Assembly (NCBI RefSeq): GCF_006345805.1
Contig: NW_021834307.1
Span: forward strand, 11,613 to 75,612
Length of the DNA stretch: 64,000 bases
Origin: Octopus sinensis
Taxonomy: Eukaryota
Direction: 5' to 3'
Program-made: the position numbers and the translations under genes
Part shown: positions 1 to 13,100 of the stretch, one piece after another
Layout of the letters: each line of letters opens with the position of its first letter
Position numbering within the stretch: the first letter of the stretch is position 1
The notes under the pieces: generated by a model
Databases searched by the model: none
Told to the model about the DNA's origin: nothing
What the model saw: only the letters and a program-made list of their open reading frames with translations

Positions 1-458
1 ACTAGTTATGGTATATTCTGTTCAGAACGTAGCAGAGTACAGTGTAAAGCTCGTCCACCTTCAGATTTGACCCTGTGCTGTTCTTAAATAGAGGTTGTGA
101 ACTTACGGAGACAATATTTACATACTGCTTGAGGAAATACAACTAGATCTTATAATGCAGGGAAACAGTCGTATAATAAAGTATCTGCAGGCCTGGAAAA
201 CTAAATTGCCTGGAAACAATTGTAGTGATTAAAAAATAAATGTCCAACCGTACTCCTTCTTGTTGACTTCAAATATTTTTCAATTATATATGTATGTATG
301 TATATATATATATTATATACCGGAGTAAACACATAAATGTGAAACAAGGTGGAAAAAAAGAGTACTCAAATACCAATGGTAGAGTAATATGCTTTATGAA
401 CGGCAACGAGAAACTCAGAGTAACAGATTTTGTTGAATTTTCTGCTGCTTTAAATAAA

Positions 459-523
<65 letters not shown>

Positions 524-524
524 C

Positions 525-606
525 TTCCATTTTCCTGAGCGCCTAATAATAATAATACTGTAATTGTTCCACGTGTTGTTGTTTTTTTGTTTTCCCGTTT
601 GGATTA

Positions 607-610
<4 letters not shown>
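525..610 (+). mobile_element. Penelope-related terminal fragment embedded in (TA)n
   Basis: TTCCTGAGCGCC...TAAT...TTGTT..CCAC.TG...TTTTGT...TTCCCGTT has the same order of motifs as the reverse complement of the PLE terminus at 36380-36470. It is flanked by (TA)n on both sides. Confidence 0.5.
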
Positions 611-662
<52 letters not shown>

Positions 663-1277
663 GTAATGTATCTATGTCTCTGCTAGTTGTTCTTTGTCGT
701 AGTGGAAGGCCTCAGTGTTCTGAAGGCTTTGCGAGCAATGTCATCGGGAATCTAGTACTACATTACAGAAAGCAAGTAAATGTAAATCCATTTTGTTTAT
801 CTCTCTACACACATAAAATAAAGGAGATTACCGTGACATTTCTCATGACAGGTTAGCCTATATTCCGAGGATAAATACCGCTCTGCCTTCGAAAAGAAAA
901 TGATAGCAATCGCTATTTAAAACAAATACAAACTACGACTTAACTGGAATGACTAGACTACATCACATTCTATACATTTGCAGATGCTGTGATAAATAAT
1001 TAACCATTCTGCCAACGTTTTTTGAGAGCGGTCCGATAGGTTTCATCTCAAAACATTCAGATTTGAAACAGATGCGGCATCTGAACATCCAATCAACCCT
1101 CCACTCCTTTCCAATTGTAGTTTTCTTTTTTATCGACCCTGAAATGATGAAAGACAAAACTGACGTAACAAGGATTTGATCTTGGAACGCAAGCTGTTGA
1201 AATATTCATGTGCGTATGTCTGTTTGTCTGTGTGTGCATGTGAATGTATGTGTCTATGTATGAAGATACACAGACGT

Positions 1278-1279
1278 AC

Positions 1280-1330
<51 letters not shown>

Positions 1331-1667
1331 GGGAGAGAGAAAGATGTACATTACTATCTATCTATCTACCTATATATATATATATATATATATATTCATA
1401 TATGTGCATGTGTGTTTTTTACGTGTGTGCGCACACAAAGCACATGCTCATCCACACACGCACACACGCACACGCACACACACACGCACACACACACACG
1501 CACACACACACACGCACACACACACACACACACACACGCACACACGCACACGCACACACACACGCACACGCACACGCACACGCACACACACACACGCACA
1601 CGCACACACACACACGCACACACACACACGCACACACGCACACGCACACGCACACGCACACACGCAC

Positions 1668-1710
<43 letters not shown>

Positions 1711-1730
1711 CGCACACGCACACACACACA
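1278..1730. repeat. Compound microsatellite (GA)n, (TA)n, (CA)n/(CACACG)n
   Basis: Visible directly; it explains the THTH/VCVC ORFs. Confidence 0.95.
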
Positions 1731-2004
1731 TTGACATCAATCCCTCCGTATGTCACACTACCTTTGCGTCCATTGAAGAGGAGAAAGCTACGTTTTTAAT
1801 TTGGTCGTATAATTACTTAAATGTTTCCCTCACAGAAACTAGTCTTTATGAAGCCAACCACTTCAGTGTCGGTTCGTCACTTCCTCTTGTTGCAGCCTAA
1901 GGATGGGGGGGGGAGGGCTTACTCGAGGAGCAGGGTGACGGGGTCATATTCAACACACCTTTCACTGTTAATGGCCGGGACAAAAGACAGTTTAATGATG
2001 TTAA

Positions 2005-2250
2005 AGGAAGGAGAAGAAGAAGAAGAAGAAGAAGAAGAAGAAGAAGAAGAAGGAGAAGAATGAGAAGAAGAAGAAGAAGAAGAAGAAGGAGAAGAAGAAG
2101 AAGGAGAAGAAGAAGAGAGAAGAAGAAGAAGAAGAAGAAGAAGAAGAAGAAGAAGAAGAAGGAGAAGAAGAAGAAAAAGAAGAAGGAGGAGGAGGAGAAG
2201 GAGGAGAAGAAGAAGGAGGAGGATGAGGAGGAGAAAGAAAGATAAAGGGA
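2005..2250. repeat. (GAA)n/(GGA)n microsatellite
   Basis: Visible directly. Confidence 0.95.
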
Positions 2251-2531
2251 AAGTGAAGATAGAGATTTTTGTCGTAATATGTCAAACATTAACTTCCTGT
2301 GAAATTCTTTTTAATTTCATTCATCTTATTTATAATCTCAATTATCATTCTGCTCCTCCCTCTTCTCCCCTCTCCCCCTCTTCTCCCCTCTTCTCCCTTC
2401 TCCCCCCTCTCCCCCTCTCCGCATCGTCGTCTGGCTGGATCAATGGCCACACTTTCGTAGGCAAATTTTTATGCACCATCCTGACATATAGATTCTTTAC
2501 AGACGACCTGAAAGTATGTGTGTGTGTGTGA

Positions 2532-2562
<31 letters not shown>

Positions 2563-2879
2563 CGCACGTGTGTTTGTGTGTGTGCGTATGTGTGTGCCTA
2601 CGTGTATCACATAAATGGGTGACACGAAGAGACTTGACTTGGTTCGGATATTTTCAAGGAATGCAGCAGAGAATATTGGCCAAAACTGATGTTCCACCTG
2701 GATGTAAAACGAGGGAAAAACTGGAAAACTTACACGTTAGCCATAGCAATACTTCTTTTAGAGTCTTGAGTTTTTCTCTGGAGTCTGTCTAGGAACGCTC
2801 CAACGTATCGCGCGATGGATGACAATAAATGGTGCGACTGCATTTATAGCAAGAAATATGTAAACCAGTGGGGATATTA

Positions 2880-4110
2880 GAACAGGATAAAACTAAATAT
2901 GGTCCTCAGTGCCTCTGGAGACGGCTTACGATGTGTTTGCTGTCCCAGTAGTTATACCAACATTAAGGCTGTTCGATTTGGCCCTGGAATCTGGAAACTC
3001 CAAAACTATTAACCAAAAATCCAAATTTCCATATAAACAGTGATAATGATCCTTTCTACCCAAAATGAAAAGAAGGAGATTCTTAACGAGGATCCCGTCA
3101 TAGTTTGGATGTTGCATCATTTGCTTGTGGTATCATCTATTAACTGCAAATACGGATCAAGTCTGTATACATAAAGCATATCATGGGAGTTGGAAAGGGG
3201 TTTCTAGAAAGGTTCCTGAAAGCATGATCAAGGGTATATACCCAGGGTGGAGGGGCAGCTCTACTACAAGATGGAAGGTTGCATAATATCAACAAAATGT
3301 TAGGTCTGGCTATATTGATAGAAAGCTTGAAAATCATAGCAGCATAAATGGGGAAAGTTTTAATATTTCCGAAGCCAACAACAGGAACATCAACTTTCGT
3401 TTTGAAAGATGCGTTTCTGTGTTTTAAGAAGATGAAATAACAGCAAAGCTCCTGAAATTCAAATGGGTTTGTAATGTGCAGACACTGTAGCATCAACACT
3501 GAAGATGCCACCTACAATGTAAACTGCTGTCCAGGAGGAGTTCCAAAACGATATTATGTGCCAAAAGAGGCATGATGTTGTAGCCAGAACATTGTGCAAG
3601 GCAATCTGCTGAGAAGATGGTTGTGAAGAGTAAAATGTAAGACGCTGGGGTTATGTGGACGGAATTCAAACCTTTTGTACGAATTCAAACTTTTTGTACT
3701 ATAATGAAATAGTCATGCCGAAATCTCTTGAACATTATATATAAGGATCCGACATAATGTTGCGGGACAACGAAAGAATGTTATTCAACAGAGCAAAGCT
3801 AATAAAAGGAAAGATAAGCTTCTGTGTTGATCATCGAATGAGAAATTTGAAAATAAAATACCCAATACTTGTGGGAACCAACGAACATGGTTCTGGACCT
3901 AACTACAAGAATATAATCTCACACAATGCATTAGCAGTGCCAAAAATGGTACCAACATTTGGAATAATTGACAGGTTTATAGAGGAAATCCAATCCATAG
4001 ATATTAAACTCCGCAAAATGTTGACATCAAATAGAAGCTTCTACAGAAAGAGTGAACTCAAAGTTTCTGTCTCTGAAGAAAAGAATGGCGGAAAAGTTTT
4101 TCTCGAATTT
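2880..4110 (+). mobile_element. Decayed R4/Dong-like (RLE-type) non-LTR retrotransposon fragments
   Basis: Plus-strand translations give FAVPVVIPT (~2935), a C-terminal zinc-knuckle remnant CRHCSINTED...KRHDVVARTL (3475-3600) and SHNALAVPKMVPTFGIIDRFIEEIQSIDIKLRKMLT...GG (3915-4090). These match the post-RT thumb region and CCHC/RHD motif of R4-clade elements. There are many stops and frameshifts. Confidence 0.5.
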
Positions 4111-4580
4111 TTGTTAGAATTTTTTACAGCTTGTTTAAAGCAGTTAAGCTCCTAAATTCATAACCGTTTGGAGATGGTTTCATCCGGTGCCGCAGTTTTT
4201 CTTTGTCTATTTCCACTTTGTTCATTTTGGGTTTTTTCTTGTTTTTTTTTACACTTCTGCGCATTTTCTTGTCCTCGTTTTATCATGGCATCCTGTAAAC
4301 TCCTCTGAAGACAGTCTTTATTCATGTCAGAAATTCTGCTATTCCACTATTTTCTTTATTTCAGTCTGTTTTGTGTTTCTTGCTTATTTTGAAGACGGAA
4401 AGCATCATTTTTTTTTCGTGTTTTAAACTTATTTCTGTTAGTTTTCTTTTTTTTTTAATCAGCTATTTTTTGTAATCCGTGGGTATCTTATAACAATCAT
4501 CTTCTTGTGCAAAACCCCTCCTCTTCTATTCAGGGTAAATATGATACTTTGCATGTGAGATTTTAGGGGGTGTATTCTAA

Positions 4581-4977
4581 GTGTAGCTGTGTGATAAGTA
4601 GCTTGCTTACGAACCACATGGTTCCGGGTTCAGTTCCAGTGGCACCTTGGGCAAGTGTCTTCTACTATAGCCTCGGGCTGATCAAAGCCTTGTGAGTGGA
4701 TTTGGTAGATGGAAACTGAAAGAAGCCTGTCGTATATATGTATATATATATATGTGCGTTGTTGTGTGTATATGTTTGGTGTGTCTGTGTTTGTCCCCCC
4801 AACATCGCTTGACAACCGATGCTGGTGTGTTTACGTCCCCGTCACCTAGCGGTTCGGCAAAAGAGACCGATAGAATAAATACTGGGCTTATAAAGAATAA
4901 GTCCTGGGGCTATTTGCTCGACTAAAGGCGGTGCTCCAGCATGGCCACAGTCAAACGACAGAAACAAGTAACAGAGT
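4581..4977 (+). mobile_element. tRNA-derived CORE-like SINE, family A (octopus-type)
   Basis: tRNA-like head (GTGTGATAAG..., GGTTCAGTTCC B-box-like), CCTTGGGCAAGTGTCTTCTACTATAGCC central box, internal (TA)n, and a 3' tail GCGGTGCTCCAGCATGGCCACAGTC...GAAACAAGTA. Several other copies occur in the window. Confidence 0.85.
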
Positions 4978-5242
4978 TCATATACCAGCTCCTTCATGAT
5001 ACTATGCTTACAAATTTTGGTTGTTCAGTTGAAGTATTGTTGGCATTCAGTTTAGAATTTACATTTACCTCTGTTATTTTAACCAAACGCCCTTACAATA
5101 TTCTTTTCTAATTTTTTCTTTCATTTGTCTGTCACAATCTTGTCTGGTTCAGCGATTCTTAAATATCTTAAAGATTGTGTTTGATCTAATTCACTTATCT
5201 CTCTTTTTATGTATGATATTAACATTTCTAATTCAATTACCC

Positions 5243-5244
5243 TT

Positions 5245-5333
<89 letters not shown>

Positions 5334-5520
5334 CAATTACATTCAGGCATCCATCACAAATACATGCAGATTTTATTTTTCATTCATATTTTAAAATATT
5401 ATCCTTCAAGCACTCATATGCTGAAATCGACAAGTGTCCATCATCATCATCACCATCACCGTCATCATCATCATCGTCGTCATCGTCGTCATCATCATCA
5501 TCATCATCATTATTATTATT
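5243..5520. repeat. (TTC)n(TTA)n and (CAT)n microsatellites
   Basis: Visible directly. Confidence 0.9.
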
Positions 5521-5889
5521 GTGGCAAGGGCGGCCCATGTAAACGGACCTACTCTGATCATATGCTTGCAAGGTGGAGGGGTTGAGAAGGAGTGAGGTGC
5601 CTACCTGACGTACTCTTGGCTGTCGGAGTGACCAGGATGTGTGGTTCTCCTTGGTTGGCCCAGGGTGGAACTCCTCCTATAGGGAAATTTTATTGTTAAA
5701 TTTTTGTTGTTATTGTTTTTTTTTTCTCCACACGAATTTCTTTCCAAAGCCCCACTTGTCCCTTTTTATTTTGTGTTCAACACCTCACTTGTCCCTTCTG
5801 TTGTATTGTCACTTTTTGTTTTGTGTTCAGCCCTTGTGGCCAATAAAGAAACCATCGTTATTATTATCATTGTTGTTGCTATTGTTGTT

Positions 5890-6290
5890 AAGGCGACGAG
5901 CTGGCAGAATCGTTAGCACACCGGGCGAAATGCGTAGCCGTATTTTGCCTGCCGATACGTTCTGAGTTCAAATTCCGTCGAGGTCGACTTTGCTTTCATC
6001 CTTTCGAGGTCGATAAATTAAGTACCAGTTACACACTGGGGTCGATATAATTGACTTAATCCATCTGCTGTCCTTGTTTGTCCTCTCTGTGTTTAGCCCC
6101 TTGTGGGTAGTAAAGAAATAGGTATTTCGCCCGACATTACGATCTGAGTTCAAATTCCGCAGAGGTCGACTTTACCTTTCATCAACTCGGGGGGCGATGG
6201 AATAAGTACTAGTTGAGCACTTGGGTCGTTGTGATCGACTTACCTCTAGCCATGAAAGCTGGCCTTGTGCCAAAATTTGAAACCGTATAG
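5890..6290 (+). mobile_element. tRNA-derived SINE, family B, with a partially duplicated second half
   Basis: GGCGACGAGCTGGCAGAATCGTTAGCACACCGGGC...CTGAGTTCAAATTCCGTCGAGGTCGACTTTGC. The CTGAGTTCAAATTCCG...GTCGACTTT block repeats at ~6145. The same family occurs at 25782. Confidence 0.8.
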
Positions 6291-6682
6291 GAGTGGGTTA
6301 CTCTTGCGTTTGTTTTAAATGTATCATTTTTTTAAAAAAGTTATTACGCTTTTATCTCCACATCTCTCCACCTTATGTGCTTAAGTTATATCAAATGTTC
6401 AACACTTCCTTAGATATATTGAGTACTATCTTTGTCTTCTTGCTTTTTATATTGTAGTGCATCCGCACATTTTTCGTTTACTTTTTTTTTTGTCTTTTGC
6501 AAAACCTGCGAATAACATTTTTATTGTATGAAAGCGCTCTGCTTTGAAGAAAACATAATTGTTGCAGAGTAGATAGACATCTTGGGACTCAGAATCTGGT
6601 GGAGTTGAGTTGGCCCTTTTCATTCGAGGTCCTTAAAATATATACTAGTTACATAGCAGGGGGGTCGAACCCAAACGAGCTC

Positions 6683-6739
<57 letters not shown>

Positions 6740-7103
6740 ATGTATATTTTGTTGGGGCTTTGACTTAATTTAATCATCGCTGTTGCTGTTATTGTTTGGG
6801 TATGTTGTTGTTGTTGTTGTCGGTGCTTTTGGCGTCATGGTGATTTCGTCGGCATTTTCTGTAAGTAATATTTTGAAATAACATGTTCCTTGAAATGTGA
6901 GTCACATCTCAAGAGATAAAGTCAATTAGAAAACCGTGTTTGGTGACAAGATTTTGGCCGGATTTACAACTTTCTCTACACTTTTCTGGTCACTGATCTT
7001 GTCTCAGAATAACGAGAGAAGAAGGAAAACGATATATTATTATTCTTCTCTGTTGCTTTTTCGGCTGTTACTTTCAATATTATCTCAAGAAAATCTAATA
7101 CAA

Positions 7104-7104
<1 letters not shown>

Positions 7105-7174
<70 letters not shown>

Positions 7175-7190
7175 TAATAATAATAACACA
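7105..7190. repeat. (AAT)n microsatellite
   Basis: Visible directly. Confidence 0.95.
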
Positions 7191-7979
7191 GCAATAACAG
7201 CAACAAAACTGTCCAAATAAGAAAATATTTCAACCGACGATGAAATATGGTGGTTGAAATTCGGAAAACAATGTTCTCTTTTGAAGGATTCTGATGCGGT
7301 TGTAATCCCCGGCTTATCTCGTTGTAAGAACACTCCCTCCCCCTCTAACATACACGGCTACCCCCAGCAGTTGATTAATGTAGCACTTAATACAAACATT
7401 TCACTTTATCAACAGAAATAATAAAATAATATTTACGCTTGTTATTAATAATAAATCTAGCCACGCGCCTAATTCCAGGCATGCATTGTATCCCGTGTCC
7501 ACCTTGTGTGTCATCCAGTCACAATTTCTCTGACAGCCGACATATTGTCTTGTTCGAACCAATTCAATTCAATATCAGTGACCTTCTGATTATTTTCATC
7601 GATCTCTCATGGGTTGAACTGGTCTTATCTTTACTGACCAGATAACTTCAATTTCTGGGGGATTTTTTTCTCCTTAAGGTTTTGAAATATTCCTCTTTCT
7701 TTTTCTGTTCTCTTTTTTTCATTCTTTTAGTGATTTCAGTCACTGCTTTTTTGGCCTTGTTGGGGCCCTAGATTCAATAGATCTTATCGCATATGTCAGC
7801 TCCTCTATTCTGTTGTCTTGTAGATATATTTTATCGTTCTCGTAAGATATGGAATGTTGACGGGGCATTGGTGCAAGAAGGATTGTCAATCAATCGGATA
7901 TTAATATCGCAGGGTATTTCTGTTCCAATGCACCGGTTTACATCATTCGCTTTTATTAGCACGCATGCTATTCATGTAG

Positions 7980-8160
7980 GCGATGGCGGGATTTGAACTT
8001 AGAATTAAAGAGTCGGAACAACACTGCACAAGACTGGTTCTTATTTTCGCAACACCAAGAGGATGAAAGGCAAAAGTCGATGCCGGTAGGATTTGAAATC
8101 GGAATGTAAGGAAAGGGAAAATGCACTGTAAGATGTTTCGTGAACTTTGAAATGAATTAA
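7980..8160 (-). mobile_element. Degenerate SINE family B fragments
   Basis: GGATGAAAGGCAAAAGTCGA...GGATTTGAA and GGGATTTGAACTTAGAA are the reverse complement of the family B body. Confidence 0.55.
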
Positions 8161-8254
8161 TTTGCAACTTAAACTTTTTAAGAAGGAAAAAATAATGACA
8201 TGCAAATTCCTTCCTCCTTGTAATTAATTTATGGTTTCATAGAAATTTATTGTG

Positions 8255-8335
<81 letters not shown>

Positions 8336-9079
8336 TGTGGATTCGTGTACATTCTTGGGACAATTTGTGTAGCGTATTTTCTTCAATAAATTTTTTAAAT
8401 ACCCATTTTAATCATCTATATTTTTTTTTAATTAACTAAATTTTTTCTCGCAATACTTTAAACAAAAGCAAATAAAACTAGCTCTTTGTACCTCACCGAT
8501 ATATTATAATAAACTCCCTCATATTCGGTACTCAAATAGCTGGAACTCTCACACATCTGGCACCAAGAAAGAAGAAAAGAGAAAATACGTGGCTAATTAC
8601 AGACAAGTGAATTTGTGCTAATTTGTGTTAATTATTCAATTGTCTTTAAGAGAATTTTTCTATCTAACATGAATTGTTTCTTCTCAAAGTACAGCAAAGT
8701 ATTTTATTTAAACTCGTTCTTCAACTATTTTTTTTCTTCCTATTTGTCTTATATTCAGAGTATTAATAATAATATTTGTGTATATATATTGAATTTTAAT
8801 GAGGTCTGTAAGGTGCAGTGCTCGTTTGAAAAGGGAAGACCAAATATCCAGAAATTTCAGTTATCTGGCAACACTCCGGTTCCAGTGGTGCCTGATAAGA
8901 GGGAATTTGTTATAGGTAGCTGAGGTCGTCAATGAGCCAGAAGGATGATAATCCGTTCGAAACTGTCAACTACTCTGAATAACATCTTTAAATGAAACAG
9001 ATGTTATGACTATACATATACGCATGCAGGCAAAAATGCAGGCATACATACATACATACATACATACATACATACATAA

Positions 9080-9112
<33 letters not shown>

Positions 9113-9179
9113 AATATATATATATGTGTATATATATATATATATTAATATATATATATGTATATATATATAATATTAA

Positions 9180-9410
9180 TTAGAAACAAAACCACTATTT
9201 TGCAAATCAAACAAGGAAAGACTTAATCAATACATAAAAAAAATTTTTATATAAAGTAAATAAATCACCACTACAATTGTTTCTGTCTTCAAATGACATT
9301 CATCAGGTGGATTTCATATCTCTATTTAATATTATATAATATTTTACTATAAAATTATATTCAATCCTAAATCTGATTTTTCCCTGTAAATTTGGATTTA
9401 TTCCCTAATA
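9180..9410 (-). mobile_element. Short Penelope-derived (pLTR-like) insert in (TA)n carrying a hammerhead motif
   Basis: The end AATTAGAAACAAAACCACTATTTTGCAAATCAAACA resembles 22008-22045 at the edge of the Naiad-type PLE. It is flanked by (TA)n and TTA/TA repeats. Confidence 0.6.
9268..9310 (-). ncRNA. Type I hammerhead ribozyme motif
   Basis: Minus strand: CCAC-CUGAUGA-A-UGUC[AUUUGAA]GACA-GAAAC-AAUU-GUA-GUGG. Stem I CCAC/GUGG, stem II UGUC/GACA, palindromic stem III ACAAUUGU, GUA cleavage triplet. Confidence 0.75.
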
Positions 9411-9411
9411 T

Positions 9412-9462
<51 letters not shown>

Positions 9463-9540
9463 CACATACATACATACATACATACATACATACACATATA
9501 CATATATATATGAGTTTGCGTTTATGTCTGTCATTCTATC

Positions 9541-10017
9541 GTTTTACTTGCTCCAATGAGTGGACTGCGGCCACGCTGGAGTATCATTTTGAAAGATTTA
9601 GTCCAACAAATCGATCTCAGTACTTATGTTTTAAGTCTGGTTCTTATTTTATCCGTCTCTTATGCCGAACCGCTTAGTTTCGGAGATGTAAACAAAACAC
9701 CCGTTGTCAAGCAGTGGTGGGAGGCAAACACATACACAAACACTTATATATACACATATGTATACATATATTTGTAGATACATATATATGTTGGTATATA
9801 TGTACACATGTATTGTATGTATGTATGTATGTATGTATGTATGTATGTATGTATTTTTGTATACGACGTGTTTCCGTCTAACAAATTTACTCACAAGGCG
9901 CTAGTCGGTCCGGGTTACAATAAAAGACACTTGTCCAAGATGCCACGCAATGGGAACGAACCCAAGACCACAAGTCAGAGAATCGAGCTTCTCGGCCACG
10001 CAGCCACGTCTGAGCCA
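9541..10017 (-). mobile_element. SINE family A (diverged copy)
   Basis: Reverse complement of the family A tail (9541-9730), internal TA/TATG repeats and head (CACTTGTCCAAGATGCCACGCAATGGGAACGAACCC). Confidence 0.75.
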
Positions 10018-10139
10018 ATAACGAAGAGGAGGAAGACGATCATAATTCGTTTCACTTGAGTCAATCTGTTTCTCCTTTCAGTTTACCAGATATCAAAGCC
10101 GCTACATACATAGATATAAAAATACAGAAATACGCACGA

Positions 10140-10213
<74 letters not shown>

Positions 10214-10430
10214 CACGCATACCTTCAGCTCGCTACTTCACCAAAACAGTACAGAAAGGAAACCCAAACAGCAAACTGATAGGTGGTGTTCCAGCATGGC
10301 CCTAGGCTTCGGCTGGAATCAGTTGGAAGATAAAACATGTGTGTGTGTGTGTATATATGACTGTATATATGTGTGTGTACGTGTATGTCTAAATATTCTT
10401 ATATACACATAGGTATAAATAAATAAATAA

Positions 10431-10461
<31 letters not shown>

Positions 10462-10520
10462 ATGGCGGTGCCCCAGCATGGCCACAGCTCGTGAGCTGAA
10501 ACTAGATAAAATAAAATAAA
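10462..10520 (+). mobile_element. Isolated SINE/LINE 3' tail
   Basis: GGCGGTGCCCCAGCATGGCCACAGCTCGTGAGCTGAAACTAGATAAAATAAAATAAAA is a stem-loop tail followed by (TAAAA)n. Confidence 0.6.
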
Positions 10521-10525
10521 AAATA

Positions 10526-11784
10526 TATTGGTTTGGCAACTAAGTTCCCACCGTTTTTTTAAATTTTAATTTTTTAAAAGGTTTATTAAAAAATAACAAC
10601 TAATTAATCAATAATGTATTCACCCTTGTTGTTTACACTTTCTTCCCAATGTTCAACAAGATTTTCAATACCTCGATGGTAGAAATCAACCGATTTCGAG
10701 TCGAAAAATTAATCCAACCAAGCTCTCAATTCGGCATCAGTACTGAACGAAACTACGCGCATAGCATCTGAAAGAGATCAAAAGAGGTGGAAATCCGTTG
10801 GTGCCAAATCAGGAGAGTACAGTGGGTGTAGTAGCACTTCCCAGCCATGCGTTTGAATGGCTTCCTTGGTCATATTGGCGATATGAGGGCTGGCGTTGTT
10901 GTGCAGCAGAAGAACTCCATGCTGACGATTAAGTCTTTTCTCTAGAATAGCCGTGTTGAGTCGTTCCATCAGTTGAACGTAGAGTTCCGCGTTGACCGTT
11001 TAGTTCCGTTCAAGCAATTCGTAATAGATAATCGCTTCCCAGTCCCACTATACGCACAACATCGTTTTACGCAGATGAAGATCTTGTTTCAAGCGCGATG
11101 TCGCTCGTTTACCGGGGCTAAGCCATACCTTACGCTGCTTCATATATATATACAGACACCATTTTTCGTCGCCAGTAACGATTCGGTAAAGAAATCGTTA
11201 CTTGTGTCCATGAGTTGAGCGATGACGAGCAAGCAACCCAGCGAAGATTGTGGCTCGTTGATTTTTGCTGTTGTCACTTAAAACATGCGGAACCCATGCT
11301 CCAAACTTCTGAACCTTTCCCATCGAGTGAAGATGCTTCTCTATAGCAGTGTGGGAGCATTCCATTTTCTCTGCCAGTTCCCCTGTCGTTTGACGCGAAT
11401 TTTCGTGCAAAATTTGCTTTAATCGCTCTTCATCGAACTCAACTGGACAGCCAGAACAACGTGCAACATTGTGGTCAAAATTTCCATTTTTGAACTTGGC
11501 ATACCAATCACGAGCGGTTCTTTCAGCTATGGCACCCTCTCTATACACAGCACAAATGTCGGGAGCAGCTTTTGCGGTCTTAGATCCTTGATTAAAAACA
11601 AAAAAAAAAGGAGGTGTCGAAAATGCTCGTTTTTCTTAACTTGACATTCCATTTTAATGATCTGAAAATAAACAAAATTTAATTAAAATTAACCAGAAAA
11701 AAAAACAAAATAGATCCCAAAATTCAAAAACGCAATAAATTACAAAATTTAAAAAACGGCGGGAACTTCGTTGCCAACACAATA
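10526..11784 (-). mobile_element. mariner (Tc1/mariner, DD34D) DNA transposon, full length, inactive
   Basis: Imperfect ~40-bp TIRs: TATTGGTTTGGCAACTAAGTTCCCACCGTTTTTT at 10526 and the reverse complement AAAAAACGGCGGGAACTTCGTTGCCAACACAATA ending at 11784. TA flanks both ends; length is ~1.26 kb. Confidence 0.95.
10604..11652 (-). pseudogene. mariner transposase pseudogene
   Basis: MECQVKKNEHFRHLL start, WYAKFKNGNFD HTH region, GAWVPHVL (WVPHEL-like), HNNASPH, HPLYSPDLAPTDFHLF and GEYIID* end. It is interrupted by stops and frameshifts. Confidence 0.92.
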
Positions 11785-12104
11785 TATAATGTATATATAT
11801 ACATATGCATACATACATACATTTTTATATTTACGTATATATATATATATATATATACATACTTACTTAATAATTTCTATTTGACCCGTTCTAAGGAGGT
11901 ACAAACCCATCAATGATTCTTAGACTTTAATCAAATGCAGCGATGATGTCAAGCAGTGGGCGCTCTTTATGCAGCGTGATATTTCACCCAGTGGGTCTTC
12001 CATACTGACAAATAAACTGACATTCGCTAAACGAGCCATTTTTCTTCCGAGAAACCTCCTACAACACTTTTCATTATTTCAAACAAACCCCAATATTTTA
12101 TGCA

Positions 12105-12315
12105 GGTTCTTCTTCTTCTTCTTCTTCTTCTTCTTCTTCTTCTCTTCTTCTTCTTCTTCTTCTTCTTCTTCTCTTCTTCTTCTTCTTCTTCTTCTTCTCT
12201 CCTTCCTCTTACCATTACTCTTTGCCAACATCTATAATTGTTAGTTTCTCTTTACAATGATGTTGGTGTTGCTCTTGTAGTAGTAGTAGTAGTAATAGTA
12301 GTAGTAGTAGTATAA

Positions 12316-12394
<79 letters not shown>

Positions 12395-12468
12395 TATTGC
12401 TGTTGTTTGTAAATGCTGTGCTGTGCACTGTTCGCAGTGTGCTGTTCTTATTGCTAATGATGATGGCG

Positions 12469-12510
<42 letters not shown>

Positions 12511-12530
12511 GTCGTCGTCGTCGTCGTCTT
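12105..12530. repeat. (TTC)n, (TAG)n, (CAT)n(CGT)n microsatellite cluster
   Basis: Visible directly. Confidence 0.95.
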
Positions 12531-12962
12531 CCTGCCGCTGCAGTGCGTGTTATTGCTGTTGTAGGTTTTGATGCCAGTTGCCACAGTCGGTGTTATGTTA
12601 TTACTTATTATCAGCTTACCGCTGATTAAACAGACCTACGTTCAAAGACCTTCCAGCGGTGACCATCCAGGCGCTGTCTTGTATGCAGAAAACACACAGC
12701 TGTATTGATCACCGTATCCTTTTCAAAAGTGATAAGGTGTGATGCGAGGAAGATTTTGCAGCTATTTTTAGCAAGTCTAGCAATAGTATAGATGCGTTCC
12801 TTCTCCAACACGTTGGTTCATGTGATTCTTTGCTGTGTCTGGCGTTGTTATTGTTGTTGTAGTTATTTCTATGTCACTATTACCCTAGTAAGCGCATCCC
12901 CTCTCGTTGCAAACGAGAGAGAAAGCGCTTGTACTAAAATATATGCATAGCCATGTAAATAT

Positions 12963-13100
<138 letters not shown>

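Noticed and set aside
186-228. Plus-strand half-hammerhead CAGGC...GCCTG-GAAAC-AATT-GTA
   Set aside because: The CUGANGA core and the stem I partner are missing. It is at best a dead copy and was not counted.
698-2514. Plus-strand exon candidates (~698-770, ~2460-2514)
   Set aside because: The splice signals are plausible, but the peptides are unrecognisable and such sites are expected by chance. They remain only an alternative to the minus-strand model.
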